DNA from: an uncultured Flavobacteriales bacterium
Lineage (GTDB): Bacteria > Bacteroidota > Bacteroidia > Flavobacteriales_D > CAJJDF01
Direction: 5' to 3'
Length of the DNA stretch: 53,830 nt
Assembly: GCA_964021785.1 (NCBI GenBank)
Contig: CAXIAX010000006.1
Span: forward strand, 1-53,830
Shown: positions 1 to 9,172 of the stretch, in pieces
How positions within the stretch are numbered: the stretch's first letter is position 1
How the letters are laid out: each line of letters begins with the position of its first letter
Position numbers and translations under genes: made by a program
Notes under the pieces: model-generated
Told to the model about the DNA's origin: nothing
The model's input: only the letters and a program-made list of their open reading frames with translations
Database searches by the model: none

Positions 1-48
1 TCTGAAAGAACCCTTTACCGTAAAATAAAGGAATACGGATTGAAATAA
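1..48 (+). CDS. 3' end of a Fis-type HTH protein, probably a sigma-54-dependent regulator (partial)
   Basis: Frame 1 reads SERTLYRKIKEYGLK-stop, the typical C-terminal Fis HTH ending of NtrC-family regulators. Confidence 0.75.
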   Translation, partial: SERTLYRKIKEYGLK

Positions 49-63
49 GACTTGAAACTTTAT

Positions 64-615
64 TTAAAGTAACTTAAATGAATTCATAAACTTATAGATA
101 GATTTGTTTGAGTAACTATCTGTTTTAGTAATCGTTTGCATTAAATACATTTTGTTCTCAACTAAGAACATTCTCATATTTATTACTGCCAATCCATCCC
201 TAAAATCTACTTCAACTTCTCTTCCTTGATACGCTCCTAAAACGACTACTTTTTCTGAAAGCAATTTTCCTTTAACATTAGATACTGCTCCATCAATTGA
301 ATTTCGATAGAATTCCGAAAGTATTTCTGTACTGTCAGAATTCACCAAAGAGGCTGGGTAAACAGTACAATTCACCATGTATATTAAATTCTCATCAATA
401 CTCGACTGGGACGCATCATAGGAGAATATATTCAAGGTAAGTTCTCCAATTTCAGAATCTATAACCTGATTATTTTTAGTCGGTTTTTCAGGGAATTTTA
501 TCTCATAACCAAATTGGTTCGACTTTAACAAAAACCAATCTTTACTCTGCGAAAAGCTCATTGCTACCATTAAAACAAAAGGCAAAATCATAATTTTCTT
601 ACTATTCTGTTTCAT
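64..615 (-). CDS. Hypothetical exported protein
   Basis: 183-aa ORF with an N-terminal signal-peptide-like segment; 27 bp downstream of gldB, same strand. Confidence 0.7.
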   Translation of the reverse strand: MKQNSKKIMILPFVLMVAMSFSQSKDWFLLKSNQFGYEIKFPEKPTKNNQVIDSEIGELTLNIFSYDASQSSIDENLIYMVNCTVYPASLVNSDSTEILSEFYRNSIDGAVSNVKGKLLSEKVVVLGAYQGREVEVDFRDGLAVINMRMFLVENKMYLMQTITKTDSYSNKSIYKFMNSFKLL

Positions 616-642
616 CTTTCAATACTTTTTAAATTGGTTTAA

Positions 643-1680
643 TTAAGGCTTATAAAAACTTAATATCTTCCTTTCATCTCCTTTTGTTGTGAGTAATTCC
701 TTAAGCGAAATATCGTTCTCATCATAAAACTGCTTCACCATTCGATAACCAATCCATTTACCTATTCCTCCTGGTGACTCTGGTGGTAATCCTGGCGTAA
801 AACTTCCCGGATTGATATAAGCAGCTATCTCTTTGTTGTTCTTCGAGTAGATGAGCTTATATTCAATTAAATTTTCATACAATTGCTTCTCACTTCGTTC
901 ACACCAATCTATTTCTTCTTGTGTGTACTCAAACTTAGTTGCAATAGATTTCTCTGGCATCATAGCATCTACAGCCACCATCATTTTTCCATGATAAATG
1001 ATAGAAGAAAGAAAATCTTGTCGTAAGCCGTAATTAGCATTATTAATGTATTCCATTCGGTCAGAAAAATTATAATAAACCCAACTTTTAACAGTTTCTG
1101 AAACTAAGTTTTCAGGATCCATGTCATCTTTTGCGTATTGAAAATAGATATCTGGAGGTAATAATTTTACTATTTCGCTATTTCTTCCTATAAACATATC
1201 AAGTCCTATTCCCAATGTATCTGCATATGGAAACGACTTTGCCCCGCTAAAATTAGAGTAAAATGTTACGATCTTTGGAATCTCTTTTTCTGGAAAATAA
1301 TAAGAGTAATGTTTAAATGCTTGTTTTAATTCTTGTTCGTAAGCTCCAAAATCCGAATAAGTTTGATTTAACTCATCCTTGATCAAATTTATAGTAGAGT
1401 CCGTCAAAAACTTCTCAATTCTATAGGTAATCATTGGGTCTTGTGGCAACCCCATGTTCAACATTTGAGAAATAAAAGACTCATACAACAATCCGTAATC
1501 TTTAGTCCATTTAGAGTTCAACTCTTTAAGATTGTATATGTCGGCTTCAAAAAGCTCTTGATCGAATCGAGAAACAGAGAGTTCTATTTGTTGGTCAGAA
1601 ACATCTACATCTAATTTATTCTTACTAGAACAAGAAATTAGGAATACAATTAACCCTGCAAAAATTAATTTATTTTTCAT
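643..1680 (-). CDS. gldB: Gliding motility lipoprotein GldB
   Basis: Lipobox FLISC; motifs RFDQELF, IGLDMFIG and C-terminal ESPGGIGKWIGYRMV typical of GldB. Confidence 0.88.
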   Translation of the reverse strand: MKNKLIFAGLIVFLISCSSKNKLDVDVSDQQIELSVSRFDQELFEADIYNLKELNSKWTKDYGLLYESFISQMLNMGLPQDPMITYRIEKFLTDSTINLIKDELNQTYSDFGAYEQELKQAFKHYSYYFPEKEIPKIVTFYSNFSGAKSFPYADTLGIGLDMFIGRNSEIVKLLPPDIYFQYAKDDMDPENLVSETVKSWVYYNFSDRMEYINNANYGLRQDFLSSIIYHGKMMVAVDAMMPEKSIATKFEYTQEEIDWCERSEKQLYENLIEYKLIYSKNNKEIAAYINPGSFTPGLPPESPGGIGKWIGYRMVKQFYDENDISLKELLTTKGDERKILSFYKP

Positions 1681-1682
1681 TT

Positions 1683-4376
1683 CTATAAATAATTAATGTT
1701 GTAGAATTCACGATATTTTTTCAAATCTTTCTTTTGAAAAAGAATAGAATAATTTTTAGGTGTAATCGTAAAATACTCAAACTTAGTGATAAATTCCTTC
1801 ATCTTTGGATTCACTTTAAATGCTACATAATAACTATGTGCCTCTTCTTTACTGTCCAACTGTTTTACCAATATGGTTTGATGCGTTCTATTAAGTCCAA
1901 CTGCAGAAACCTTAAGTCCTTTCTCATCAAAAGAGGTGCTATTAAAATTACTCAAAGCAATTTTTAACTTGTTCACATCCTCTGAAAGCGGCACTACTAT
2001 AGCAAAATAATGAACCGTTTTTTCTTCTAGAACAAACCCTACTTCTTGGCTATCTTCAATATTATTTAATTCATTTCTCAATTTCCCCAATGCTTTTTCT
2101 GCAATGGTTCCAATTTCAGTATTTGGACATGCTTCTACTACAGCAGCCAATGATTTTTCTAATTCTTCTTTATTCTCTGTATTGGAATAAACTCTTGCTT
2201 TCAAAAACATCAATTTACATTCAAATGGATTTGGATCTTCTTTCGCCAAAATTTCATCTATGTAAGTAATTGCTTCGTTATGCTTACCATCCATCACAAG
2301 ATTGTAGGCAATGTTATAAGAGTTTTCATATTTCTTTTCGCCTTTACTAAGTTTAGATGCGTAGTTTGGATCAAGAATAATTTTTGCCTCTTTAGACTCT
2401 GGATAGTTGGAAAGAATAAAGTTTTTCACAGCAATTACATCTTCTTTCTGATTTATATCCTGGTACAAAACATACAATTGATACAAAGAAGGTGCAATTC
2501 TTATATTGGGATGAAATCTACTTTTATTGTCCTTAAAAGACTTAATCGCTTCTTGATTATTATCCAAAACATTGGCATAAATAAGACCAGACAAGTAATT
2601 GGAATTAATTATAGATAATTCTGCTGTAGTAATTTGTTCTTTCGTTACAGGTACTTTGGATAAAAAATCATCAATTTCCTTATCACCAACAACAGGAGAA
2701 TCGTTTACATCTACAATTGTTCCTTCACTAAGTTGATTCTTATTAGATCTTCTCCAATTATCCTCTAGCTTTATGTTACCCCACACTGCTTTAAATGACT
2801 TAAAACCTTGCGCTTTAACTTTTTCATTATAAATCCAAAAACTTCCCTTTTCTCCAGTTGTGGTTCCCGGCAAACCTGTTTCTGCAGTAACAGGCGCATT
2901 ATTTTCAGCTTCCTTTAATCTTTGTTGCTCTATTGCTTCAGTTTTTTCTTTGTACAGAATTTCTTCTACTCTATCTCTCCTTTGTTTTTCTGGCAAAAGA
3001 CCAATTTGCAACAAACTATCTTTAAGGGCAATGTTATTAATATAACCTACCAACCTTGTCAAACTTTCATTTTTGTCTTTTATCTGAGCATATATTAAGC
3101 TTTCCTTATCTAATTCAATTAAGGTACTGTCGTAATATTTTTGAGCTGGAACATAATCTTTGTTTTCAAAATAAACATCTGCTAATCGCTTAAATGTTTT
3201 TCCTTTCTGGGTCGGGTTAGAAGGCGGATAACTTGCAGATTGCTCTAAGAAATCTATTCCAGCTACTTGATTAGCATCTTGTAGCTCTATATCTGCAAGA
3301 GCGTAATATATTTGGTCTCTAAACTCTATGTACTTCTCGTCTTTGGCCAGTTTCTCTAGCTCCTTTTTTAAAGCACCTCTATTAGAACTACTAGCCAACA
3401 AAGCTCGATTAATTCTTGAATAAAAATCCATCTGGTAATTGTTGTTCTTTTTTATTACATAAGAATATAATTCCGTAGCCTTCGCACTATTTCCCATTTC
3501 TTGGTTCAATTGCGCTTGAATAAAATTATACCTTACTTTTGTTTTTTTCGCTTTTACATAATTCAAAGCGCTATCCAAAAACTGTATAGATTCCTTGTAC
3601 TGTTCTTTTCTTAAGTAAAAGTCTGCAAGTGTAGCAAAATAATCTGTTGCCATTTTCTCAGGGAACTCAACAAGAAAAGAACGTTCTGCTTTTGTCTCTT
3701 CCCTCTTTTTTGTTACTCTTACTTTGGATCTTTTACTAACTCTTTTCTTCTGTTTTTTAGAGTATTTCTTCCCTTTACTTTTAGCCTCTGCTTTATCACT
3801 TAACTCTTTAGCCTCCTTTTCTACTTTTATTTCATTAAGATAACTAAGAGCTTTAGGATAATTCTCCATCTCTATGTAAGTTTTGGCTAACCAAAGTTTT
3901 GCATAATATTTTGTCTCATCTTTTTCATACATCTTAATGATGTATTCAAATTTTTCTATCGCAGCAGGATATTCTCTTTTATAAAAATAACTAACTCCCA
4001 TTGTTAGCCAATTTTCATCCATCCACTTTCCATATTCATCTTTAGCTCTTCTACCTTTTTTCTCATTAGGCATAGCATGCTTAGTTATCACAACAGAGGT
4101 TTTATCTATCGCCCTATTCATCTCTGGAAAATAGGCTTTAGATTGCTCTTCGTTTGGGTATCTATTTACCGGCACGAGTACAGAAAAGTCTTCCTCTACG
4201 TTTTTAGTAAAATCTTTATCTGTTAATTTTATTATTTCTCTTGCGTTAAAATAACCATTGTAATAAGCGGTGGTATTGTGATAAAATCTATTTAATCGCT
4301 TGTCTTTTTCAGTAGAGCAGCTAACCGCTAAAACTAAAATAACTATATATAATATGTGTGTAATGTGTTTTGACAT
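1683..4376 (-). CDS. sprE: T9SS periplasmic TPR lipoprotein SprE/PorW
   Basis: Lipobox VSC followed by NRFYHNTTAYYNGYFN; TPR repeats; WGNIKLEDNWRRS motif. Confidence 0.88.
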   Translation of the reverse strand: MSKHITHILYIVILVLAVSCSTEKDKRLNRFYHNTTAYYNGYFNAREIIKLTDKDFTKNVEEDFSVLVPVNRYPNEEQSKAYFPEMNRAIDKTSVVITKHAMPNEKKGRRAKDEYGKWMDENWLTMGVSYFYKREYPAAIEKFEYIIKMYEKDETKYYAKLWLAKTYIEMENYPKALSYLNEIKVEKEAKELSDKAEAKSKGKKYSKKQKKRVSKRSKVRVTKKREETKAERSFLVEFPEKMATDYFATLADFYLRKEQYKESIQFLDSALNYVKAKKTKVRYNFIQAQLNQEMGNSAKATELYSYVIKKNNNYQMDFYSRINRALLASSSNRGALKKELEKLAKDEKYIEFRDQIYYALADIELQDANQVAGIDFLEQSASYPPSNPTQKGKTFKRLADVYFENKDYVPAQKYYDSTLIELDKESLIYAQIKDKNESLTRLVGYINNIALKDSLLQIGLLPEKQRRDRVEEILYKEKTEAIEQQRLKEAENNAPVTAETGLPGTTTGEKGSFWIYNEKVKAQGFKSFKAVWGNIKLEDNWRRSNKNQLSEGTIVDVNDSPVVGDKEIDDFLSKVPVTKEQITTAELSIINSNYLSGLIYANVLDNNQEAIKSFKDNKSRFHPNIRIAPSLYQLYVLYQDINQKEDVIAVKNFILSNYPESKEAKIILDPNYASKLSKGEKKYENSYNIAYNLVMDGKHNEAITYIDEILAKEDPNPFECKLMFLKARVYSNTENKEELEKSLAAVVEACPNTEIGTIAEKALGKLRNELNNIEDSQEVGFVLEEKTVHYFAIVVPLSEDVNKLKIALSNFNSTSFDEKGLKVSAVGLNRTHQTILVKQLDSKEEAHSYYVAFKVNPKMKEFITKFEYFTITPKNYSILFQKKDLKKYREFYNINYL

Positions 4377-4516
4377 GAATTAAAATGGCTCTATTTAGCT
4401 TTTTCTCAATCAGTAAATGTAAAAATTAATCAATAAACTGCCACTATAACTGATAATAAATTAAAATATTTTATCTTTAATCAACTAAATGACTACAAAA
4501 GTCGACTTTCAATTTT

Positions 4517-5347
4517 ATGAAACAAAAGCTTAAACAATTAAAAGCCTATCTAAAAAAGAAAAATAAATTAATTCTTCAAGACCCAAAAACCTTCGAAGAA
4601 AAATTTGCTCTTTCCATAAACAACAGGAATTCCATTCTTGTTGGTTTAGCACTTATTTTACTTTTTGGTTTTTTAGTTTATTTAGTGATTTCGTATACTT
4701 CTTTAAAAAGATTTATCCCTGGGTTTCCAAAAAACGCTTCGGAGCTTTATGAAATAGACAGAAACAACCAAAACAAGCTAGTAAAGCTAGAGGCACAGAG
4801 TAAAAATCGTGATTTATGGATTAAAAATTTACAAGCAATCCTAAATGAAGAAGATTCTATTTTGCTTAAAGATATTGGTGACACATTACAAAAAGACTCT
4901 ACTTTTGATTACAAAAAAGTAGTGTTTGAAAAAGTAAAAGAAGACTCTGTCTTAAGATCGAAATTAGAAAACTTGAACAACTCCAATAAAAACTCTATCG
5001 TTAGAAGTATTTTGGTTAGTGTATTAAATTACGAAAAGCCACACTTAGGAGAAATAAAATCTCGTAAAGATGGCGATCTTAATCAACTTACTTTTGAAGC
5101 AAAGAAAAAATCTAAAGTGAGAAGTGCAATGGAAGGAACCGTGATTGCAAAATCAGAAAGTTCCATTGTATTGCAACATCAAAATAACATTGTAAGTGTG
5201 TATAATAACTTTACAGATATCTCCCCAAATATTGGTGACAGAATAGATAAAGGAAGTAAGATGGGTATTGTAAAAGACAGTATCTTTCAATTTCAAATAT
5301 GGTACAATGGTATTTCTGTACCTGTTGAAACTTATGAAGATTTGTAA
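4517..5347 (+). CDS. Membrane-anchored M23 peptidase-like protein, probably catalytically inactive
   Basis: N-terminal TM, coiled region, C-terminal LytM-like segment (VRSAMEGTV..IVLQHQNNIVSVY..FQIWYNG) lacking HxxxD and HxH. Confidence 0.7.
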   Translation: MKQKLKQLKAYLKKKNKLILQDPKTFEEKFALSINNRNSILVGLALILLFGFLVYLVISYTSLKRFIPGFPKNASELYEIDRNNQNKLVKLEAQSKNRDLWIKNLQAILNEEDSILLKDIGDTLQKDSTFDYKKVVFEKVKEDSVLRSKLENLNNSNKNSIVRSILVSVLNYEKPHLGEIKSRKDGDLNQLTFEAKKKSKVRSAMEGTVIAKSESSIVLQHQNNIVSVYNNFTDISPNIGDRIDKGSKMGIVKDSIFQFQIWYNGISVPVETYEDL

Positions 5348-5351
5348 CTAA

Positions 5352-6767
5352 TTACATTTCCATCAACTCCTTAGAAAAAGCAAATAATTCTTTTTCTGCA
5401 AAAGGTTTTGCCATTACCTGTATTCCAAATGGCATTCCATTAGAATGGTTTCCTAAGGGTAAAGAAATTGCTGGGTGCCCACTCAAATTGGCATGAACAG
5501 TAAATATATCTTGCAAGTACATTGTAATAGGATCCTTTACATTTTCTCCAATCTTAAAAGCAGTATCAGGAGTTGTAGGCCCTAGTATCATATCAAATTC
5601 AGATAAAACTTCGTTTGTCTTGTCTTGAATTAATCTTCTTACTTTCATTGCCTTAGTATAATAAGCATCATAATATCCTGAGCTCAATACAAATGTCCCT
5701 AACATTATTCTTCTTTTCACTTCTTCTCCAAACCCCTCTGTTCTAGACAGAACATAAGTAGACTCTATATCGTGTGCATTGGGACTTCTATATCCAAAGT
5801 GTACACCATCATAGCGAGAATAGTTAGATGAAGCTTCTGCGGTAGTTAATACATAATAAGTTGGAACCATATAATCCAAATAAGGAAAATCAAATTCTTC
5901 AACCGTATGTCCTTTCTCTTTTAGTTTAGCAACTAAAGTTAGAATAGAGTCTTTTATTTCAGGATTTAAACCTTCGCTTTCTATAACTTGTTTTGGGATT
6001 CCAATCTTTATTTTTCTATCAGACGAAAGTGATTCTACATAATTATCTACTTCTTTGGTAGAAACTGTGCTATCATATTCATCTTTACCTGCCATTACTT
6101 GAGTTAGTAATGCTGCATCTTCTATGTTAGTAGTAAACGGACCAATTTGATCAAACGAGGAAGCGTAAGCTAACAGTCCCCATCTTGAAATTCTACCGTA
6201 AGTTGGTTTAAATCCTACTACCCCACAAAATGAAGCCGGCTGACGGATAGAACCTCCCGTATCAGAACCAAGAGTTGCCATACACAATCCTGCTGCAACT
6301 GCTGCTGCAGAACCTCCAGATGAACCTCCAGGAACTTTATCTTCTTGTATTGGATTTAATACATTTCCGTGAGAAGAATTCTCATTAGAACTTCCCATGG
6401 CAAACTCATCACAATTAAGTCTTCCTATTATTATTGCGTCTTCCGCAAGTAATCTTTCAACCGCAGTGGCAGAATAAAGAGACTCAAATCCTTCAAGAAT
6501 TTTTGATGCCGAAGTAACCTTATGTCCTTCGTAACAGATGTTGTCTTTAATTCCAATGACAAAACCAGCTAATTTACCGGCAGTATTATTGGCTAACTTC
6601 TCATCTACCAATTTTGCTTGCGCAAGGGCAGATTCTTCAAAAACTTCAAGAAAAGCATTCAAATGCTTTTTCTCTTCAATTTTTGCAATATAACTATTGA
6701 CAACTTCAACACATGTTGTGCTGTTGTTGTTCAATTCTTTTTTTAATTCAGAATAACTTGAAAACAA
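5352..6767 (-). CDS. gatA: Asp/Glu-tRNA amidotransferase subunit A
   Basis: Amidase signature GGSSGGS, GSDTGGSIRQPA; GFGEEVKRRIMLGT; TTG start. Confidence 0.95.
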   Translation of the reverse strand: MFSSYSELKKELNNNSTTCVEVVNSYIAKIEEKKHLNAFLEVFEESALAQAKLVDEKLANNTAGKLAGFVIGIKDNICYEGHKVTSASKILEGFESLYSATAVERLLAEDAIIIGRLNCDEFAMGSSNENSSHGNVLNPIQEDKVPGGSSGGSAAAVAAGLCMATLGSDTGGSIRQPASFCGVVGFKPTYGRISRWGLLAYASSFDQIGPFTTNIEDAALLTQVMAGKDEYDSTVSTKEVDNYVESLSSDRKIKIGIPKQVIESEGLNPEIKDSILTLVAKLKEKGHTVEEFDFPYLDYMVPTYYVLTTAEASSNYSRYDGVHFGYRSPNAHDIESTYVLSRTEGFGEEVKRRIMLGTFVLSSGYYDAYYTKAMKVRRLIQDKTNEVLSEFDMILGPTTPDTAFKIGENVKDPITMYLQDIFTVHANLSGHPAISLPLGNHSNGMPFGIQVMAKPFAEKELFAFSKELMEM

Positions 6768-6777
6768 GACAGTAAAT

Positions 6778-6987
6778 TTATTTATCTTCTAAAACATTAT
6801 CAATAGAATCTTTAGACTTAGAAGCTTCTTCTTCTCCTCCTTTTGATGCGTCTTTAAATTCTTTGATTCCACTACCCAATCCTTTCATTAATTCTGGAAT
6901 TTTCTTTCCTCCAAATAATAAAAGTACTACCACCACGATTAATACAATTTGGTATCCTCCAATGGCTAAAAAAACGAATGAATTCAT
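6778..6987 (-). CDS. tatA: Twin-arginine translocase TatA/TatE
   Basis: TM helix then [21 protein letters not shown]. Confidence 0.95.
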   Translation of the reverse strand: MNSFVFLAIGGYQIVLIVVVVLLLFGGKKIPELMKGLGSGIKEFKDASKGGEEEASKSKDSIDNVLEDK

Positions 6988-7008
6988 AATATGATCTATT
7001 TATATTAA

Positions 7009-7016
7009 CAAATGTA
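7009..7016 (-). promoter_or_regulatory. Bacteroidota housekeeping -7 promoter element for tatA-gatA
   Basis: TACATTTG (TAnnTTTG) on minus strand about 21 bp upstream of the tatA ATG. Confidence 0.55.
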
Positions 7017-7032
7017 GTAATAAAGTAAACAC

Positions 7033-7067
7033 AAAAAAAAAGTGAAGTACTTTACTTCACTTTTTTT
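7033..7067. terminator. Intrinsic terminator downstream of the TlpA gene
   Basis: A-run, AGTGAAGTA/TACTTCACT stem, T-run. Confidence 0.8.
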
Positions 7068-7090
7068 ATTCAAAATATTTTTTGCTAACC

Positions 7091-7594
7091 TTATTTAGTT
7101 AGCATTTTTATTTTTTTATACAATTCATCTTCATCACCAGGAACATAATTATTGTGTTCGTATACAATTTTCCCATCTCCATCTATCAAAAAAGTATAAG
7201 GAACATTATTTACATTCATTGCTCTTTTAAGATCTGCATTTCCATCAATAAATACTTCATAATCCCATCCTTTAGAATCTACGTATGGCTTAACTTTATG
7301 TTGATTTCTAGCATCATCAATCGAGATTGCAATCAACTTCACTCCTGTTTCATCTTGCCAATCTTCATACACTTCGGCAATATTATTTAATTCTTTTTTA
7401 CACGGGCTACACCAAGTTGCCCAAAAACTAATTACCATAGGTTTTCCATCATTATTAAATGAAGAAGTGTTAATAGTTTTTCCTTGCAAAGTTTTAACAT
7501 TTACAGAAGGAATTGTTTTTTTATTTCCTCCAATAAAGGAAAAAGCAATTGCTGCAAAGGCTATTAGGATTGAAAATTTGATCGATTTGTTCAT
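7091..7594 (-). CDS. TlpA-family thiol-disulfide oxidoreductase
   Basis: SFWATWCSPCKKE thioredoxin motif; start moved to MNKSIKF (7594), which gives a signal peptide and removes the overlap with the divergent gene. Confidence 0.88.
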   Translation of the reverse strand: MNKSIKFSILIAFAAIAFSFIGGNKKTIPSVNVKTLQGKTINTSSFNNDGKPMVISFWATWCSPCKKELNNIAEVYEDWQDETGVKLIAISIDDARNQHKVKPYVDSKGWDYEVFIDGNADLKRAMNVNNVPYTFLIDGDGKIVYEHNNYVPGDEDELYKKIKMLTK

Positions 7595-7695
7595 TTGTCT
7601 ATTTATTTTTTGTAAGTTTACACTGTCTGAATATAGTAAAAACCATGCCATATTCTTTACAAATATTGAATTAACAATTTTATAACCCAAATAAA

Positions 7696-8448
7696 ATGAT
7701 AAAAAAATTACTTTCTTTAGCTGCAATTGCTTGTTTTTCTAGTTCTATGGCTCAGTCTATTGAATTGAGAGAACACAATGGTACAACATTAATTAATGGA
7801 ACAACTATTACAATTCTGGACACAGTAAAAAATGATTTTAACCAAGATGTTGCTGCAGAATTTGATGTAATAAGTAAATACACAACTTCTACGGATATAA
7901 AAGTTAAGAAATATGAAATTTCTACAACTACACCTTCTTCTGAAAATGCTTTTTGCTGGAGTGTCTGTACAATTAACCAATTATGGGGAGTTAAGAGACT
8001 AGATACTTCTAGCCACATTCCTATGAGTTTAAACCAACAAATTGTATTCTCTGGTCACGTATACCCAAAGATGCATGGAGGAACTTCTACATTTAAATAT
8101 GTATGGTATGATGTTGCAAACCCAAATGATAGTGCTTGGATAGATGTTGTTTTTGATGTAAGAAACCCAAGATCTGTAGGAGTAGAAGAAGTAAAAAAAG
8201 AGACTTCTTTAAAGATTTACCCAAATCCTGCTACTGATTTGGTTAATGTTTCTATCACTTCTAACGAAGTAAATAAAAAGATTCAAATTATTGACTTATT
8301 AGGAAAAGTTGTATTTTCAGATATAATTGCTGACGACAATACAAATTTGAAAATTAACACCTCAAATTTCATCCCTGGAGTTTATTTTGTTTCGGTAACA
8401 TCAAACAATAAATCTATTAGAACATCTAAAATAGTTATTACAAAATAA
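7696..8448 (+). CDS. Small T9SS type-A cargo protein
   Basis: Signal peptide; C-terminal sorting domain IYPNPA..GVYFV..TSKIVITK; beta-rich N-domain with FCWSVC. Confidence 0.85.
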   Translation: MIKKLLSLAAIACFSSSMAQSIELREHNGTTLINGTTITILDTVKNDFNQDVAAEFDVISKYTTSTDIKVKKYEISTTTPSSENAFCWSVCTINQLWGVKRLDTSSHIPMSLNQQIVFSGHVYPKMHGGTSTFKYVWYDVANPNDSAWIDVVFDVRNPRSVGVEEVKKETSLKIYPNPATDLVNVSITSNEVNKKIQIIDLLGKVVFSDIIADDNTNLKINTSNFIPGVYFVSVTSNNKSIRTSKIVITK

Positions 8449-8465
8449 CTAAAATAAATTGTGTG

Positions 8466-8504
8466 AAAAGGAGAGAGGTGAATAATTCATCCCTCTCCTT
8501 TTTT
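8466..8504 (+). terminator. Intrinsic terminator
   Basis: AAAAGGAGAG..CTCTCCTTTTTT hairpin with T-tail after the T9SS cargo gene. Confidence 0.75.
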
Positions 8505-8578
8505 GTGATTTATAATTGAAACACACTCTATTCTTGCTATAATTGTTATATTAGCTCGCTCAAAAAATTCATTGATTA

Positions 8579-9166
8579 ATGATAACACACCTAAATGGAA
8601 AACTAGTTGAAAAAAACCCTTCATACCTTATTATTGAAGCGGCTGGGGTTGGATATTTTGTAAATATCTCTCTTCAAACTTATTCCCAATTAGGAGATAA
8701 AGAAAACTGCAGAATTTTCACTTACTTATCAGTAAAGGAAGATTCACACACTTTATATGGATTTGCTGACAGCCAAGAAAGAGAACTATTTAAACAATTA
8801 ATCTCCGTTTCTGGCGTAGGAACTAACACTGCAAGGATGATGTTATCGTCAATGACCTCAAGTGAGCTAGTTTCTTCCATTGCCTCTAGCAACATTACTT
8901 CTATCACAAGTATTAAAGGAATTGGTGCTAAAACGGCACAAAGAATTGTTCTTGATTTGAAAGATAAAATCCTCAAAACAGGCAACAGCACTGACAACAA
9001 TTCTGCTTTGATGAACAATACTATTAAAAATGAAGCGTTATCTGCACTTATAGTGTTAGGGTTTGATAAAAAAATGGCCGAAAAAGTGATTAACAAAATT
9101 ACCCTAGACCAACCTAACATCTCTGATGTAGAGGAATTAATTAAAAAAAGTTTGAAATCATTTTAA
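8579..9166 (+). CDS. ruvA: Holliday junction branch migration protein RuvA
   Basis: GVGYFV, LYGF, LISVSGVG, IKGIGAKTAQRIVLDLKDK, EALSALIVLGF. Confidence 0.97.
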   Translation: MITHLNGKLVEKNPSYLIIEAAGVGYFVNISLQTYSQLGDKENCRIFTYLSVKEDSHTLYGFADSQERELFKQLISVSGVGTNTARMMLSSMTSSELVSSIASSNITSITSIKGIGAKTAQRIVLDLKDKILKTGNSTDNNSALMNNTIKNEALSALIVLGFDKKMAEKVINKITLDQPNISDVEELIKKSLKSF

Positions 9167-9172
9167 TACAAC

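Noticed and set aside
5352-6987. gatA without gatB/gatC as an unusual amidase
   Set aside because: Dispersed gat genes and tatA-gatA linkage are, to my knowledge, ordinary in Bacteroidota; GatA-specific motifs are intact
7595-7726. Long N-terminal extension of TlpA in the ORF track, and similar ones for the Rieske enzyme, VOC, RecQ and TonB receptor
   Set aside because: The extensions overlap divergent genes, promoters or terminators; downstream starts give proper N-termini
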